Below, piece after piece: positions 37,309 to 50,715 of a DNA stretch of 64,000 nucleotides. Below the pieces are notes generated by a model. It was given only the letters and a program-made list of their open reading frames with translations, did not search any database and had not been told where the DNA came from. The stretch's first letter is position 1; the number at the start of each line of letters is the position of its first letter. A program made the translations under genes and the position numbers. The DNA lies in assembly GCF_018350175.1 (NCBI RefSeq), contig NC_058374.1:126976001-127040000 (forward strand), in the 5' to 3' direction. Source of the DNA: Felis catus. Its lineage: Eukaryota.

Positions 37309-40300
37309 AGAAAGTGTCTGCATTTTAACGGCTCCCCAGAGATTTGGTTGTAGCGGGTCCAAACAGCCCCCAGAGTGGGGTGGTGTCTGTGTGGACATAA
37401 CCCGGGAAGAGCTCCCTCACTGACTCTGCACTGGCATCCCAAAGGTTTCTCCTGGGATACGTTAAGGATCCCTCTTGGAGTCTAGCTCCTGGGCTCGGGC
37501 CCTACCGACTTCTGGCACTCTTCTAAGAAAGGATTTGCTAAATAAATCTGTACTTCACCAAAGCAGGCAGCCTACAGGAGCAGCTGGCCGCATGAACTGT
37601 TTTTAAGGACAGTTTGCTCTGTAAACTAGACGCTGTCGTTCTCGTTGAATGTTGACTTTCACATACGAATTGTTGGCATACAAATGGGGTGCTGCTAATT
37701 ACAAAGGGGTTTTGTACGTTCATTAAGTCAGCCTCACAGAACGTGTGTGCAGAAACACATTGATAAGCCACCTCAGCGACTGGAGGTAATAAAATTGCCT
37801 TCTTTTCTGATCTGACTGTAATTTAGAGTGGCTTGCTCTGTGGTCTGAATCAATATAAGCCTTGCTGTCTCTGTGTACATAGAGAGCCGTTCTTCATATT
37901 CAGAGATTACTCTACCAGTGTGGATTGTAGAAACTACTGTTTTTATGCAAGGGCGAGATGCAGTGAGTTCGTTCCCAGACATCCCTGCTCTTCTGGAATC
38001 AGGCTGCCCAGGGTCAAGGGCAGAGCCCCTACCCATGGCCTTCTCCGTAGTCAGTAATAATAATAGCAGCAGCTGATGTTACTAAACCAGGGAACTATGA
38101 TAAATCCACATGAGTTATTTCCAGTGTAATGACTGTTGTCCACACTGGCAGGAATGGAGGCAAGAAGAGAATGAGCAACTTGTCTAAGATCAACCATACC
38201 CATGAGCTGGAGGGCTTGGGACTGAGCTTTTCTGCCTCGCCTCTAGACTGCCCTCCCTCTGGGAGAAGCCCATTGGATGTTTCTACATGTTACAGGTGCA
38301 GTGAGGGCTGTGTTCCAGCTCTGAGGATCTGCCATTTGCTCTGTAGGATGCATCGTGGATGCTCTCCTCTAAACATAATCGGAGGTGCAAAAAGTCACAA
38401 AGGATTCTATCCGGATGGGGACCACCCTGCGGGCTGAGACTTCCCCCTATAGCTTCAGACCCTGCCTATAGCTTCAGAGCATCACATTAAAATTCAGAAC
38501 TTGGTCAGTCAGGATGTCCAGAGCACTTATCTTTGTCCAGCCTATTATGGCTTGGGGCGAAAATACGTCCACTCTTTCTGGAGCACCTACCGTGTGCCAA
38601 GTGTCTGGAATAGATTAAAGGTATTCCCATTTCACAGCTAAGAAACTGAGACTTGGAAGGATATGTGTCTTGCCCAAGGCCACATAGCTGGTAAGTGGCA
38701 GTGATCATTCAAACCCAGTTTTTTCTTTCTCTGCCTTGATTCACTGTGTTCCAATTCAGCTTCGCATCACCAACACCTAACACATCACTCCTAGTGTGGG
38801 AAATCGCTGTCGCATGTCGGTGAATAACGGGATGGCACACAGCGAATGAGTATGTGGAAAAAAGATCTGAAGGAAATGAGGGGAACTCCTGATGAAGGTC
38901 CACTCGAATATTAAATATTCTATGGAACTGGATTTTGATCTCAGAGACCTGGAACTAAACCTACGTGTGTCTAAAATATTTGAGCACAAAGCTAAATTAG
39001 GATGCTAAGAGACCCCCAAACTAACACAGGCTGGGATTTTTTTTTTAACTTTGAGCCCTAGAAAATTTACACGGTGATGCACTGAACATCACAGTTGACC
39101 TAGAGACTGGTGGCAGTTCCTTCAGGCACTCCTTCCCTGAACCGGTGAGCAGATCTGAGGGAATTGGGTCCATCCGGTCTCTCCTAGTAAGGCCATGGGA
39201 AAAGCAGAAGTCCTGGATCTTCTTACTTTTGAATCAGCTTGACTCTGCATTTGGCTCCATTCAGTCCCACATTTGTGTCCTCTGAGGTCTTACCTCATTT
39301 CTTCTGCCTGATGTCCCAGCCTTAGCCACAAGCTCTCAATGAAACCCCATTGGACAGTCATTAATTACAGTGTTTGCTTTCTGTGGTTTAGAGGGGAGAA
39401 AATGAGAGCCTCATTGTAAAATGCCTCTTTTTATTGTCTTTTCACAATAAACTGTGAACTTGTCGCTTCCACTCAATGAGGCAGTCAAAATGGGGCCATT
39501 AATTTACAACAGTGAGTAAAAAGAGTTTCTGGGTTATCTCTCCTCAGTATCACTAGAAAGAAAAAAAAGCTCAGTCCTTTTTGCTTGGACAAGAGGGTTT
39601 CTCTCCTTGTTTGGAATGTAGCTGGGCTCTTTTCAGAGAGTCGTGCTGCCTCTAGCCCCTGGGGTGCACCTGTGACCCTTTCAGGTAGCAAAGTGGCCAG
39701 TGGCCTCTTGGTATTTCTCAAATACTCCACTCCACCACAGGGCCTTTGCACTGCTGCCCCTTCAGCCTGTAAAGCTCTTCCCCTGATATTCACAAAGCTC
39801 CTCTGTCACTTTATTCAGACCGCTGCTCAAATGTCACTTCCTCAGAGAGGTCCTCCTGTGACCAGCCGCCTCCCCCTCCCCGACTGCTCTCTATACACTC
39901 TTCCTGCTTCAGTTTTCTCCATGGCATTTATTACCACCTGACATACTGTGTGTTTATTTATGTATTTTCTGTCCACGCCACTAAAACTGTAAACCCATGA
40001 CAGCTGAGAGATTTTTGTTTTAATATCACTATATCCTTAGGGACTGGAACGATGCCTGGCACACAGTAGGACTCACTAAATATTTGATGAATGAATGAGT
40101 GAATGAATGGTAAGTTTCCTGCTGAATCCAGAGTTCAGTCTTCTGTTGCATCTAATGACTTGGATTAGACATGGTCTTTTCATTCTTTCATTTTCAAGGG
40201 AAGGGGTTTGGGTGAGGCAGGTTAAACAGCAGTTTATGATGCTGGAGAATGCCTCTGTTTTCTCCTCCATGCTGTGTAACATAAGGCAAGTGACTTGGTC

Positions 40301-41093
40301 ACTCTGATCTCTGGTTTTATCATCTATGGAAAAAGGGTGAGGATACTTTCTCTCCCAGGGTTATAGGATGTTTTGAAAACGTACTGTAGTAAGTGACAGC
40401 TGAGTGTGGATGAGACAGAGCGGAAGGAAGAAGGTGAAGTTGCTGTCTCCATTGCTGTCTTCTGTTCAAAAGAAGCCTGCCATTGGAATGTATAGCCCTT
40501 TGTCCTGGGAGATCACATCTGGCATGCAGGGGGATGGCTAGTGGGAGCTTCTCTGATAACCTGAGTCTGGCAGGTTGCAGCAGCATTTCCCAAGGGTGGG
40601 ACAGGAGATGATCACAGGTGATACACAAAACACTTTTTATTTTTAATTGCTATGAATTTTTCATGAGCGCTAGAAAAATATTGGTTTTCCATTTATGGCA
40701 CTGATAGGAAGCTTCCTTTTACAATGAGTGAAAGAATGAGCTAATTTAAAGAAAAACATTAAGTAGATAAATTGTACCTGCAGCCCACAGGTATGAGAGA
40801 AGTCCTGATGGTGATTCCCCCATGGCTGACATTTGAGAAACCTGGTTATAAGTGAATTCTGTAAGGTTTCTGGAACCAACTGCAGCTGCCCAAACTTAGA
40901 GCAGCTAGTGACACGTGTGTTTGTTATTTTCGGTTCCTGAAGCTGACAGGTGAAGCAGCAGATATGTGCTCTACATACGTGTAGGGTAGTGGTTGAGATG
41001 GGGCTAGCGATTGCAGAATACTTGTGCCAATTCCATCTCCCGTGGCCAGACCTCCTCAGAGATGACCTTAGGGCCTCCAGTCAGGAACTAGGC

Positions 41094-41630
41094 TGATGAT
41101 GTCAATGGTGATGATAATGATGACGATANNNNNNNNNNNNNNNNNNNNNNNNNNNNNNNNNNNNNNNNNNNNNNNNNNNNNNNNNNNNNNNNNNNNNNNN
41201 NNNNNNNNNNNNNNNNNNNNNNNNNNNNNNNNNNNNNNNNNNNNNNNNNNNNNNNNNNNNNNNNNNNNNNNNNNNNNNNNNNNNNNNNNNNNNNNNNNNN
41301 NNNNNNNNNNNNNNNNNNNNNNNNNNNNNNNNNNNNNNNNNNNNNNNNNNNNNNNNNNNNNNNNNNNNNNNNNNNNNNNNNNNNNNNNNNNNNNNNNNNN
41401 NNNNNNNNNNNNNNNNNNNNNNNNNNNNNNNNNNNNNNNNNNNNNNNNNNNNNTGGCGATGATGATGGTAATGGTGGTGTTATGGTGTGGTGATGGTGAT
41501 GATGATGATGATGACATTAATGATGGAAGTGATGGTGGTGATGAAGATGATGGTAGTAAGAATGATGGTAATGGTGGCGATGATGGTGGTGATGGTGATA
41601 CGATGATGATGGCGATGGTGATGGTGATAA
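41094..41630. repeat. Degenerate (GAT/GGT)n trinucleotide tract spanning an N run
   Basis: Visible on both sides of the 41129-41453 mask. Confidence 0.9.
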
Positions 41631-42637
41631 GAAAAAAGAAATAGTGCTGAATATTTATTAAGCACTTAGGGTATGCTAGACTTCAAGTGTTTTAAGTGAT
41701 TTATATGCATTACTTCATTTAATATTATAAGGTAGGTACTATTTTTATCTACCCAATAAATCCATTAGTTTATAAAAATCCCCATTTACAGAGAGGTTAA
41801 ATAACTCACCCAAAGTCATGCAACTAGTTAGTGGCACATTGGAGGCTCAGACTCAGGCAGTCTGAGTCCAGACAGCATGTTTTTAGCCACCACACATCCT
41901 GCCGCTCCAGGAACAGGACAATGAATGAAGCACAGTCTCTGCTCTTGAGGCTCAGTAGGGAAAGCATACCGTGCGAACAATTAACCGTGAAACATGACAG
42001 AAACAAGTAACATGTCAGACTTTATTAGCAGGTATTGTGGGTACACAGGGGGGATTCTGACTGGGTGCATCCTGGAGAGCTGCATGGAAGAAGTAATACT
42101 TGGTCGCAGCTTAAAGGTCTTCAGTAGTTGAGAGAATGAGGGAAAGGGCACTCCAAGGTGAGGAAAGAGGAGCAAAAGCAAGGAACCTGGAAGTGCAGGG
42201 CTAGCTAAATGATGCTCAGAGGAGATGGTTAGCCCAACCAAGGTCAGAGGTGCCCCAGCATCTTGGGGAACTAGAAGGGTGGTACAGGGGTCCAAATCAT
42301 GGACCTTCTCTTCTTCATTCCCTTGTGAGTTTTTTTGTTCTGAACTTTTTCATGAGAGCTTTTGAGAAAGATGTATGGAAAGATGATACTCCAGCCTGAC
42401 GTAGATGGAAGGTATACGAAAGAAAACATATCACCTTGGTAAGCTTATTATCCTGATAATGCCAAGTCATGCATGCCGTAACTCAAAATTCAGAAACTAT
42501 AGACAAGTCGGAAGGGAATGCCACCCACAATCCCACTAGACAGAGAAATCTTTGGTCAATATTTTGGAGGTTGTTTGGAGTGTTGGGTTTTTTTTTTTTA
42601 TGTTTACTCAGTGCAGAGTTTTTAAATAACATAATCC

Positions 42638-42916
42638 ATGGGGGAATGGAAGGGGAAAAAATAGTTTCAACCAGAGAGGGAGGCAAACCATAAGAGACTT
42701 GTGAATGCGGAGAACAAACTGAGGGTTGATGGAGGGCGGGGAAAATGGGTGATGGGCATTCAGGAGGGCACTTGTTGGGATGAACACTGGGTGTTGTATG
42801 TCAGCGATCACGGGAATCTACCCCCAAAACCAAGAGCACACTGTATACACTGTATATTAGCTAACTTGACAATAAATTTAAAAAATAATAATAATGATGA
42901 TAAATAAAATATAAAT
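42638..42916 (+). mobile_element. Felid L1 3'UTR fragment with TSD, inside an older antisense L1M fragment
   Basis: gagagggaggcaaaccataagagact...gagaacaaactgagggttgatgg; TSD aaataa(c/t)ataatcc at 42624-42637 and 42917-42930. Confidence 0.9.
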
Positions 42917-44184
42917 AAATAATATAATCCTGATCTCACAGTATGCAATTGTGAATTTCATTTGTTTCTCAACTTTACTTAACAGGAGTATTTTTTTGTG
43001 TGTTATTTCAGTTCTGTGTAAACATTTTTAATGACTGCATCCATTTATTATTTCATCACATGGATGTACCAGAGCTTATTTAACCATGCTGCTATTTTTA
43101 AACATACATTTCTTTGTCAAATTTTGGATCCCATAAAGAAGGTTGGGTGAAAATCCTTGTGCATAAAGATTTGCTGCATTTTGGGTTCTAACACTGGGAA
43201 GGATTCCCAGAAATGGAATTACTCAATCAGGGCATGGAGCATTCATTAACCGGATTGCCTCGGTATGGACTTGGAGCTGACCACAGCTGCATTGGGCCGT
43301 CTCTGGAAGAAGAGTAGGATGTAGGGTGAGGGCACAGGCATTAGAGTCAGATAGACCCAGATTNNNNNNNNNNNNNNNNNNNNNNNNNNNNNNNNNNNNN
43401 NNNNNNNNNNNNNNNNNNNNNNNNNNNNNNNNNNNNNNNNNNNNNNNNNNNNNNNNNNNNNNNNNNNNNNNNNNNNNNNNNNNNNNNNNNNNNNNNNNNN
43501 NNNNNNNNNNNNNNNNCAAGTATCAGGCCCTTGGGTATGACAACCAAAAATGTCTCCAAACTTTGACAAGTGTCCTCTGGGAGGCAAAATCCCCCCAGCT
43601 ACAGATTAGTGCTGTAAAACTGGTCTAACATAACGCATGCTTTGCAGAGCACATGAAGATTAGAAACAGTGCCTGTGAGGTGCCTACTCACTGTCCCTGG
43701 CCCAATGTAGGTGCTCAGTGAATGGCACCTGTTACTACTGTTCGTAACAATAGTGACAGTGACATTTCCCACGCTGGATGCTACAGAGATGACACCCAGG
43801 AGGACACCCAGGATCAGCTTGGAGGCCACACCCAACTCTCAGAGTCTCTGGGTCTTTGGTTCTTTGGCCAAGCACCCAGCAGTTTACTGTTCTCCTTCCA
43901 GAGGTTACCATGCATCCTACGATTTAGAAACAGAAATGCTCCTCAGATTTTCCTAATGGGGGCCTTTCTCCCTTCATTTCTTCCCCCCTATTCCCCCCCT
44001 GTTGTTTGGAGCCCAGCTTTCCTCCTGAAGGACTGTGAGTGATGTGCTGAGTCAGTTATTGGGGAGCCCAAGTCCTTCCACCTGCACCCCCCCCCGGGAG
44101 TGAGGGGGGCCCCTCAGACCCTGCCTCTTAAGTGCAAACTCACTGGAAATCCAGCATCTCTGAAAAGTTCACCCAATAGGTTTT

Positions 44185-45396
44185 TGTGGGGTTTTTTTAA
44201 ACTTTTTATTTAAATTTTAGTTAGTTAACATACAGTGCAATATCGGTTTCAGGAGTAGAATTCAGTGGTTCATCACTTACATACAACACCCAGTGCTCCT
44301 CACAACAAGTGCCCTTCTTAATTCCCATCACTCATCTAGCCCATATCCCACCCACCTCCCTCCATCAACCCTCAGTTTGTTCTGTATCATTAAGAGTCTC
44401 TTGTGGTTTGTTTCCCTCTCTCTTTTTTACCCCTTTCCATATGTTCATCTGTTTTGTTTCTTAAATTCCACATATGAGGGAAATCATATGATATTTGTCT
44501 TTCTCTAACAGACATATTTTGCTTAGACTCTAGCTCCATCCATGTTGTTACAAATGGCAGGATTTCATTCTTTTTGATGGCTGGGTTATACTCCAGTGTA
44601 TATACATACCACAGTCTTCTTTATCCATTCATCAGTTTATGGACATTTGGGCTCTCTCCATAGTTTGGCTATTGTTGATAGTGCTTCTGTAAGCATTGGG
44701 GTGCATGTGCCCCTTCGAATCTGTATTTTTACATCCTTTGGGTAAATACCTAATAGTGCAANNNNNNNNNNNNNNNNNNNNNNNNNNNNNNNNNNNNNNN
44801 NNNNNNNNNNNNNNNNNNNNNNNNNNNNNNNNNNNNNNNNNNNNNNNNNNNNNNNNNNNNNNNNNNNNNNNNNNNNNNNNNNNNNNNNNNNNNNNNNNNN
44901 NNNNNNNNNNNNNNTAATTTTAGCCATTCTGACTGGTATGAGGTGGTATCTCTTCATGGTTTTTATTTGTATTTCCCTGATGTTGAGTGATGCTTAGCAT
45001 CTTTTCATGTGTCTGTTAGCCATCTGGATGTCTTCTTTGAAAACGTTGTCTATTCATGTCTTTTGCCCATTTCTTCACTGGATTCTTTGTTTTTTGGGGT
45101 GTTGAGTTTGATAAGTTCTTTATAGATTTTGGTTCCTAACCCTTTACCAGATATGTCATTTGCAAATATCTTCTCCCGTTCTGTAAGCTGCCTTTCAGTT
45201 TTGTTGTTCCCTTCACTATGCAGAAGACTTTTATCTTGATGAGGTCCCAATAGTTCATTTTTGCCTTTGTTCCCCTTTCCTCTGCCTAAATGTGAGACAG
45301 GAAGCCATCAAAGTCCCAGAGGAGAACACAGGCAGCAGCCTCTTTGACCTTGGCCATAACAACTTCTTACTAGACACATCACCAGAGGCAACAGAA
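44185..45396 (-). mobile_element. Carnivore L1, 5'-truncated with 5' inversion
   Basis: Antisense ORF2 C-terminus and 3'UTR at 44185-45284, followed by the adjoining upstream ORF2 segment on the + strand at 45285-45391. Confidence 0.9.
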
Positions 45397-48149
45397 TCAC
45401 CCAGCAGCTTTTGAGAGTCCCCAGGTAGCATCTCACATATAGCCATCCCTTCCTCCGGCCTTGCTGTGGCTCACTCTGAAATCTTGGCCTCCCATGAATC
45501 TGTGTGAAACCTCACACTTTGCCCCTGCCCACAGCTAGGGCCACCTTTAAGGACCCTGACATCACAGCCAAAGGCAGAACTGGGAAGTCTGCAATACTTT
45601 CCAAAGCTGCTGGCCATTGACCCTGTCTGCCATGGCCTCTGTGCTTGTCCCCACTCTGTGCCCACCAAGGATGTGGTTACTGACAGATGCCAGTTAAACA
45701 TGGGCTAAGCTTTTCTGCCAAAATTCTGGGTGTATCCAAGTCAGCCATGATCTCTGGAGCTCCTGATGAGCTAACGGTGAATGAAGACCCCTTCTCTCCT
45801 ACTATGATGGAGGCAGTGTGATACAGTGGCTAAGAGGCCCAAATCACAGTCGTTTGAAGCTCAGTTCTTTCACTCAGTAGCAGGGTGACTTAGCCAAATG
45901 ATTTCCCTGGACTCAGCTTCCTCATTTGTAAAATAGATACGCTATCAGGACCTACATCATTGGGTTGTGTGACACCTAAAGGGTATCATGTGTATAAAGC
46001 TCTCAGAAGTGTCATGCCCACAGGAGCACTAAATGTCTGTCTGCTGTTGCCCATCAGAGCCTCGTCCTCTGGCCCCAGAGCCCAGCTGCTTGGCTTCTAC
46101 CCACTTTCACAGCTTTCCAAGAAGAGCTCTTTCAGCTCTGCCATTGCCTGGGCTGGAATTCTGATCTGAGAGACCAGGCTTCTGTTGGTTCCATAACCAG
46201 CTTCCTGCCTATACGTTGCTGGTTACTTATGTGCCCCTCCAGGCTCTCTTCCCTTAGGGCAGTTTATCTTCCAAGAGGCTGTGGGGTCATTTATGCGGAT
46301 TGACCCATCAGCCCCCACACCCTCCTGCAGACCAGTCGGACTCTGAGACCCCCTCAGCTGGAAGCTCTACTCTGTCAGCAGAGGCTGACCAATCTCCTGA
46401 GCCCCGGCCCATGGACTCCGCAATGGCATATGTTTTGGGAGACTTGGGATTTAGCCCTCAAACACTTCACCAGAGTTTTTCAAAGGCCACGCCCTGAGGT
46501 AGATTCTAGATAAGTGCCTTTATGGAGGGACTATGGTGTAGTGACACAGAACATGAGCCCTGGAGGCCTAGTTGGAGTCACAGACTGCTACTTCCTGAGT
46601 GACACCTGGGCCAATTGCCCCTTGCCTTGATTTTCCCATCTCTGAGGTGGGTGTGTGTCCCATATGGTTCTTATATAATGAAACTGGAAAGTGTATAAGT
46701 GGCCTGGTAGCAGGTTCTCAATGTATCGTGGTTCCCACTTCTGCTGCCACCTCCATCTACCTCATATCATCCTCCTCATCAGAAAAGTCAACACATTGTC
46801 ATTGTGCCCAGTCCCACCCTGGACCTGCCATCCTGTTGTTTTCTTCCAGACTCCTGCTCAGCATTGGCCGACTGGGCTCTTACATTGCCAGTGCTTAGAG
46901 CCGCCCCTTACGAGACAGACTGACATGACCAGCCTAGAAGCAGGCTTCTGGCTTCCTTTTTCCCTCCCTCCCGAGGAGCATGTTTCTAAAAGATGAAAGG
47001 GTAGAGAGAAGAGGGAAGAAGAAGCAGTTAAGGACCTAACTGCACCCCAAACACATGCCTGGGGTGAGCAGCTTTGTAGCATTGATTCCTAATGATGTCA
47101 ACCCCAGCATGAAGCTGCAAGTCAGGCACTGGGTCAGGGCATGGGCTGGACTGTCCCTGCATGTCCCAGGCACCCACCTTCCCGGTCTCGCCATCCAGAG
47201 AGAAGGAAGAGCAGTGAGTCTAAGAGAGCTGCTTATTTGGTGCCAACAGTGTGCCAGGGATTTCCTCATTCTGCGTGTGACCCTCACAACCACCTGATGG
47301 GGGCGTATCACTTCCCACCAGAGAGGTTAAGCAACTTGCTGGGCTGTACACAGAGGAGTGGCAGAGCTGGGATTTGAATCCCTTCCCCTGCCTCTTACCT
47401 AACTTTGAGCCCTGGTTCTCCATATTTTCCACCTGCAGGTCCCTTTGGGGTCTTCCCTGTCCACCTACTTCTAAAAGAGAATTTCCTTCTCTGACTCTTT
47501 TTTTTTTTTTTCAGTTTCTTGGGCATATTTTCCTGCTGTGGGGAATGGATGGAGACAGGAGGGTCAGGCTCTGAGCTAGGCATGGTAAGATGCAGGGGGG
47601 AGTAAGGAAGAGACCCCCCACGACTCTCTGTTCAACCCCTGCATCTGCTTGCTGTCCGGATATTAAGCGTAGTGGGTTGTACTCTGGTTAGGTTGACCTG
47701 CTAAGGCCTCAGGACTCTGACAACATGGAAGTTTCTTTTCCTCTGAAAACCCCTATAAGAAATAGTGGCCACTTGGAATCTTGTCTCAGGAAGGATTTAG
47801 AGGCTACATCTACACTTAGTGCATGAGAGCTCTGCAATTGATTAACCATGTCTGCCATGGACATGGAATCGAAAGGGGAATATTTGCCATTTCTACCCTT
47901 AGCTGAGACCTCATCTCCATAGTTGACTCCCCTAAGGGGGATGAATGGCCCTCTTGGAAATCTTTTGAGGAAGTGGCCTCACTTTCTTGGCTTTGGACTT
48001 TAGGTCGAAGTGTCATGTTAAAAGGTACAGCTGGATGACAAAGAAGTGATAGACTCTCCAGGCCTGGTTTCAACTGGGCAGTGAAGGATTGGGAATGGGG
48101 AAGACAGTCTCCTTCCCTCACTAGGGGCTTCCTGGACAGAGTAGAGGGA

Positions 48150-48418
48150 CAGTAAATTCCAGCAGGAGTTGATGTTTCAGTCTTGAGTGTGAGAGCAGAA
48201 TTCCTTCTTCAACGTCTTTTCTCGTAAGGCCTTCAGCTGATTAGATGAGGCTCGCCACCCACATTTTGGAAGATAGTCTGCTTTTCTCAGAACTTACTGA
48301 TTTAAATGTTAAAGGTTAATGTGAAAAATACCTTCACTGCAACCTACAGATTACTGTTTAATCCAACAACTGGGTACCATAGGCTCACCCAGTTGACACA
48401 TAAAATTAATCATCACAA
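48150..48418 (-). mobile_element. MLT2 (ERVL) LTR fragment
   Basis: aaggccttcagctgattagatgagg...actgatttaaatgttaa...gttgacacataaaattaatcatcaca. Confidence 0.8.
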
Positions 48419-48531
48419 ATATATTAGTTGAGTGTTTCCCAAAGTGTGCAACACGTGCTACTGGATGAGTGGAACAGAGAAGTACATTCAATAACATGGG
48501 TCATGGAGTGATCCTTTTAAATTCTATTTTA

Positions 48532-48851
48532 TTCAGTCATATGTGGAATTTAAGAAACAAAACAGATGAACATATGGGCAGGAAAAAAAAAAGGAGAGAG
48601 AGAGAAGCAACCCCTAAGAGAGTTTTTTTTTCCCATGAGAGACTCTTAATGATAGAGAACAAACTAAGGGTTGATGGAGGGAGGTGGGTGGGGGATGGGC
48701 TAGATGGGGGATGGGTATTAAGGAGGGCACTTGTGAGGAGCACCAGGTGTTGTATGTAATTGATGAATCACTGAATTCTACTCCTGAAACCAATATTACA
48801 TTATATGTTAACTAACTAGAATTTAAATAAAAATTTGGAGGAAAAAATGAA
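48532..48851 (+). mobile_element. Carnivore L1 3' end with TSD, inserted in a hAT-type relic (~48431-49140)
   Basis: TSD aaattctatttta at 48519-48531 and 48852-48864; atatgtggaatttaagaaacaaaacagatgaac. Confidence 0.9.
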
Positions 48852-50183
48852 AAATTCTATTTTAATTCTCCTTGCTTCAAGAAGAAAGGCTCTATTTGGT
48901 ATGAACCCCTAACACTTCTCTAACACTTGTTGTTTATAACAACAAAAAAAAAAAACAGTATGAGAATTCAGCTATAAATTAATTACATGGTTTTGTTTTC
49001 ATTGAATTAACTTTTATAGTGATCTTCTGTTTATGGCAAGTGATACTGATCATCCATTTATAAGTGACAGAACATTTCCTTCAGACCCATACTTAAAAAA
49101 ACTAAATGAATCCATTTAAAATTAAGTAAATGATGGCACAGATGATGGTTGGATGTAGTTGCACTTGAGAAGGTGGTATAAAATGGCCCAAGTTTGGGGA
49201 ACACCATCTCAGCCTAGAAAAGACAGGAATTCCAGACCCAGCCAGCCTCCCCACAGGAAGATCCTCCCTGTGTGGCCAGCCTGGGGGCATGCAGATTGGT
49301 CTGATGAAGGAGAAGACTCCTTCCCTTTGGAGAAAGCAGGGGAAAGACTAGAGTGTTCCCAGGACTTGCTGGTGCTGGAAAGAGTAAGACAAAGCCCCCG
49401 CCCTCAAGGAGCATGGTTCAGTGCGTGGATTCTGGAGCCAGACTACCTGAGTTCAAATCCTGGCTCTTCCATGTATGGCTGCTGTGTACCCTTGAAAAGT
49501 TGTTTGACCTCTTTGGGCCTCTGTTTCCTCATCTGTAAAATGGGTATATGAAGGTACCCACTTCAGGGTGCTGTGAGGATTAATTGAAGTACAATATAGT
49601 AAGTGTCATTTAAGACTGAGTTTCTATCACTGGGAAAGACTGACAAAGAAATGGCAATCCTAACACAGTGCTCTAAATGCTGTGATAAGAAAGTACAGTG
49701 TGATAAACACACAAGGGAGTGGGGGAGATTCCAGGAGGACTTCCTTGAGAAGTTAATACATAAGCTCATACCTGGATGATCAGTAGGAATTAGCCTGGAG
49801 AGGAGGAGAAAAAGAATATTCTAGATAGAGGGAATAGCATATGCACAGGCTCAGAGGCAAGAGACAGTGTAGTCCATGACTATACTTGTGACTGCAGGGA
49901 AGACAGTACTGGCTACAGCAAAGGATGTGACAGAAGGTGTGTCCCAAGGTGATGTACACAAAGGGCTTCCTGTGCCTTGTTAGAAGCAGTGGGTTCCAGA
50001 AGGGCAGGACTCTAATTATCTTAGCAGCCCTCTGTGCTTCAAGTGCAGCCCAAACCTGGCAAGCAGGGACAGTCATGTGGTGACTGAACAGATGCTTTCC
50101 TCTCTACTCGATGTGAGACCTGGAGGTCCCAGAGGACCACTCCAGTTGAATGAGGGAGTCCCAGGATTAAGAATCTCTGCAGA

Positions 50184-50424
50184 GGGGCGCCTGGGTGGCT
50201 CAGTCAGTTAAGCATCTGGCTTCGGCTCAGGGTGATCTGGCAGTTTGTGGGTTCGAGCCCTGCATCGGGCTCTGTGCTGACAGCTCAGGGCCTGGAGGCT
50301 GCTTCGGATTCTGTCTCCCCCTCTCTCTCTGCCCCCCCCCCACTTGTTCTCTCTCTCTCCCTCTCTCTTTCTCTCTCTCTCTCTCTCAAAAATAAACATT
50401 AAGAATTTTTTTTTTAAAAAAAAG
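50184..50424 (+). mobile_element. CAN-SINE just upstream of the exon acceptor
   Basis: TSD gaatctctgcaga at 50171-50183 and 50425-50437. Confidence 0.95.
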
Positions 50425-50478
50425 GAATCTCTGCAGAGATGTTCAGCACATCTTCTCTGCAAGTCATGACTGCCTTGA

Positions 50479-50715
<237 letters not shown>

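Larger units (their letters stand above)
36520..37330. mobile_element. hAT-Charlie DNA transposon relic hosting two SINEs
   Basis: ttgttcttaaactt...ggacccttttgacagtctggtgaagcctgtggaccc...cagaataatatttttaaatgcat. Confidence 0.6.
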
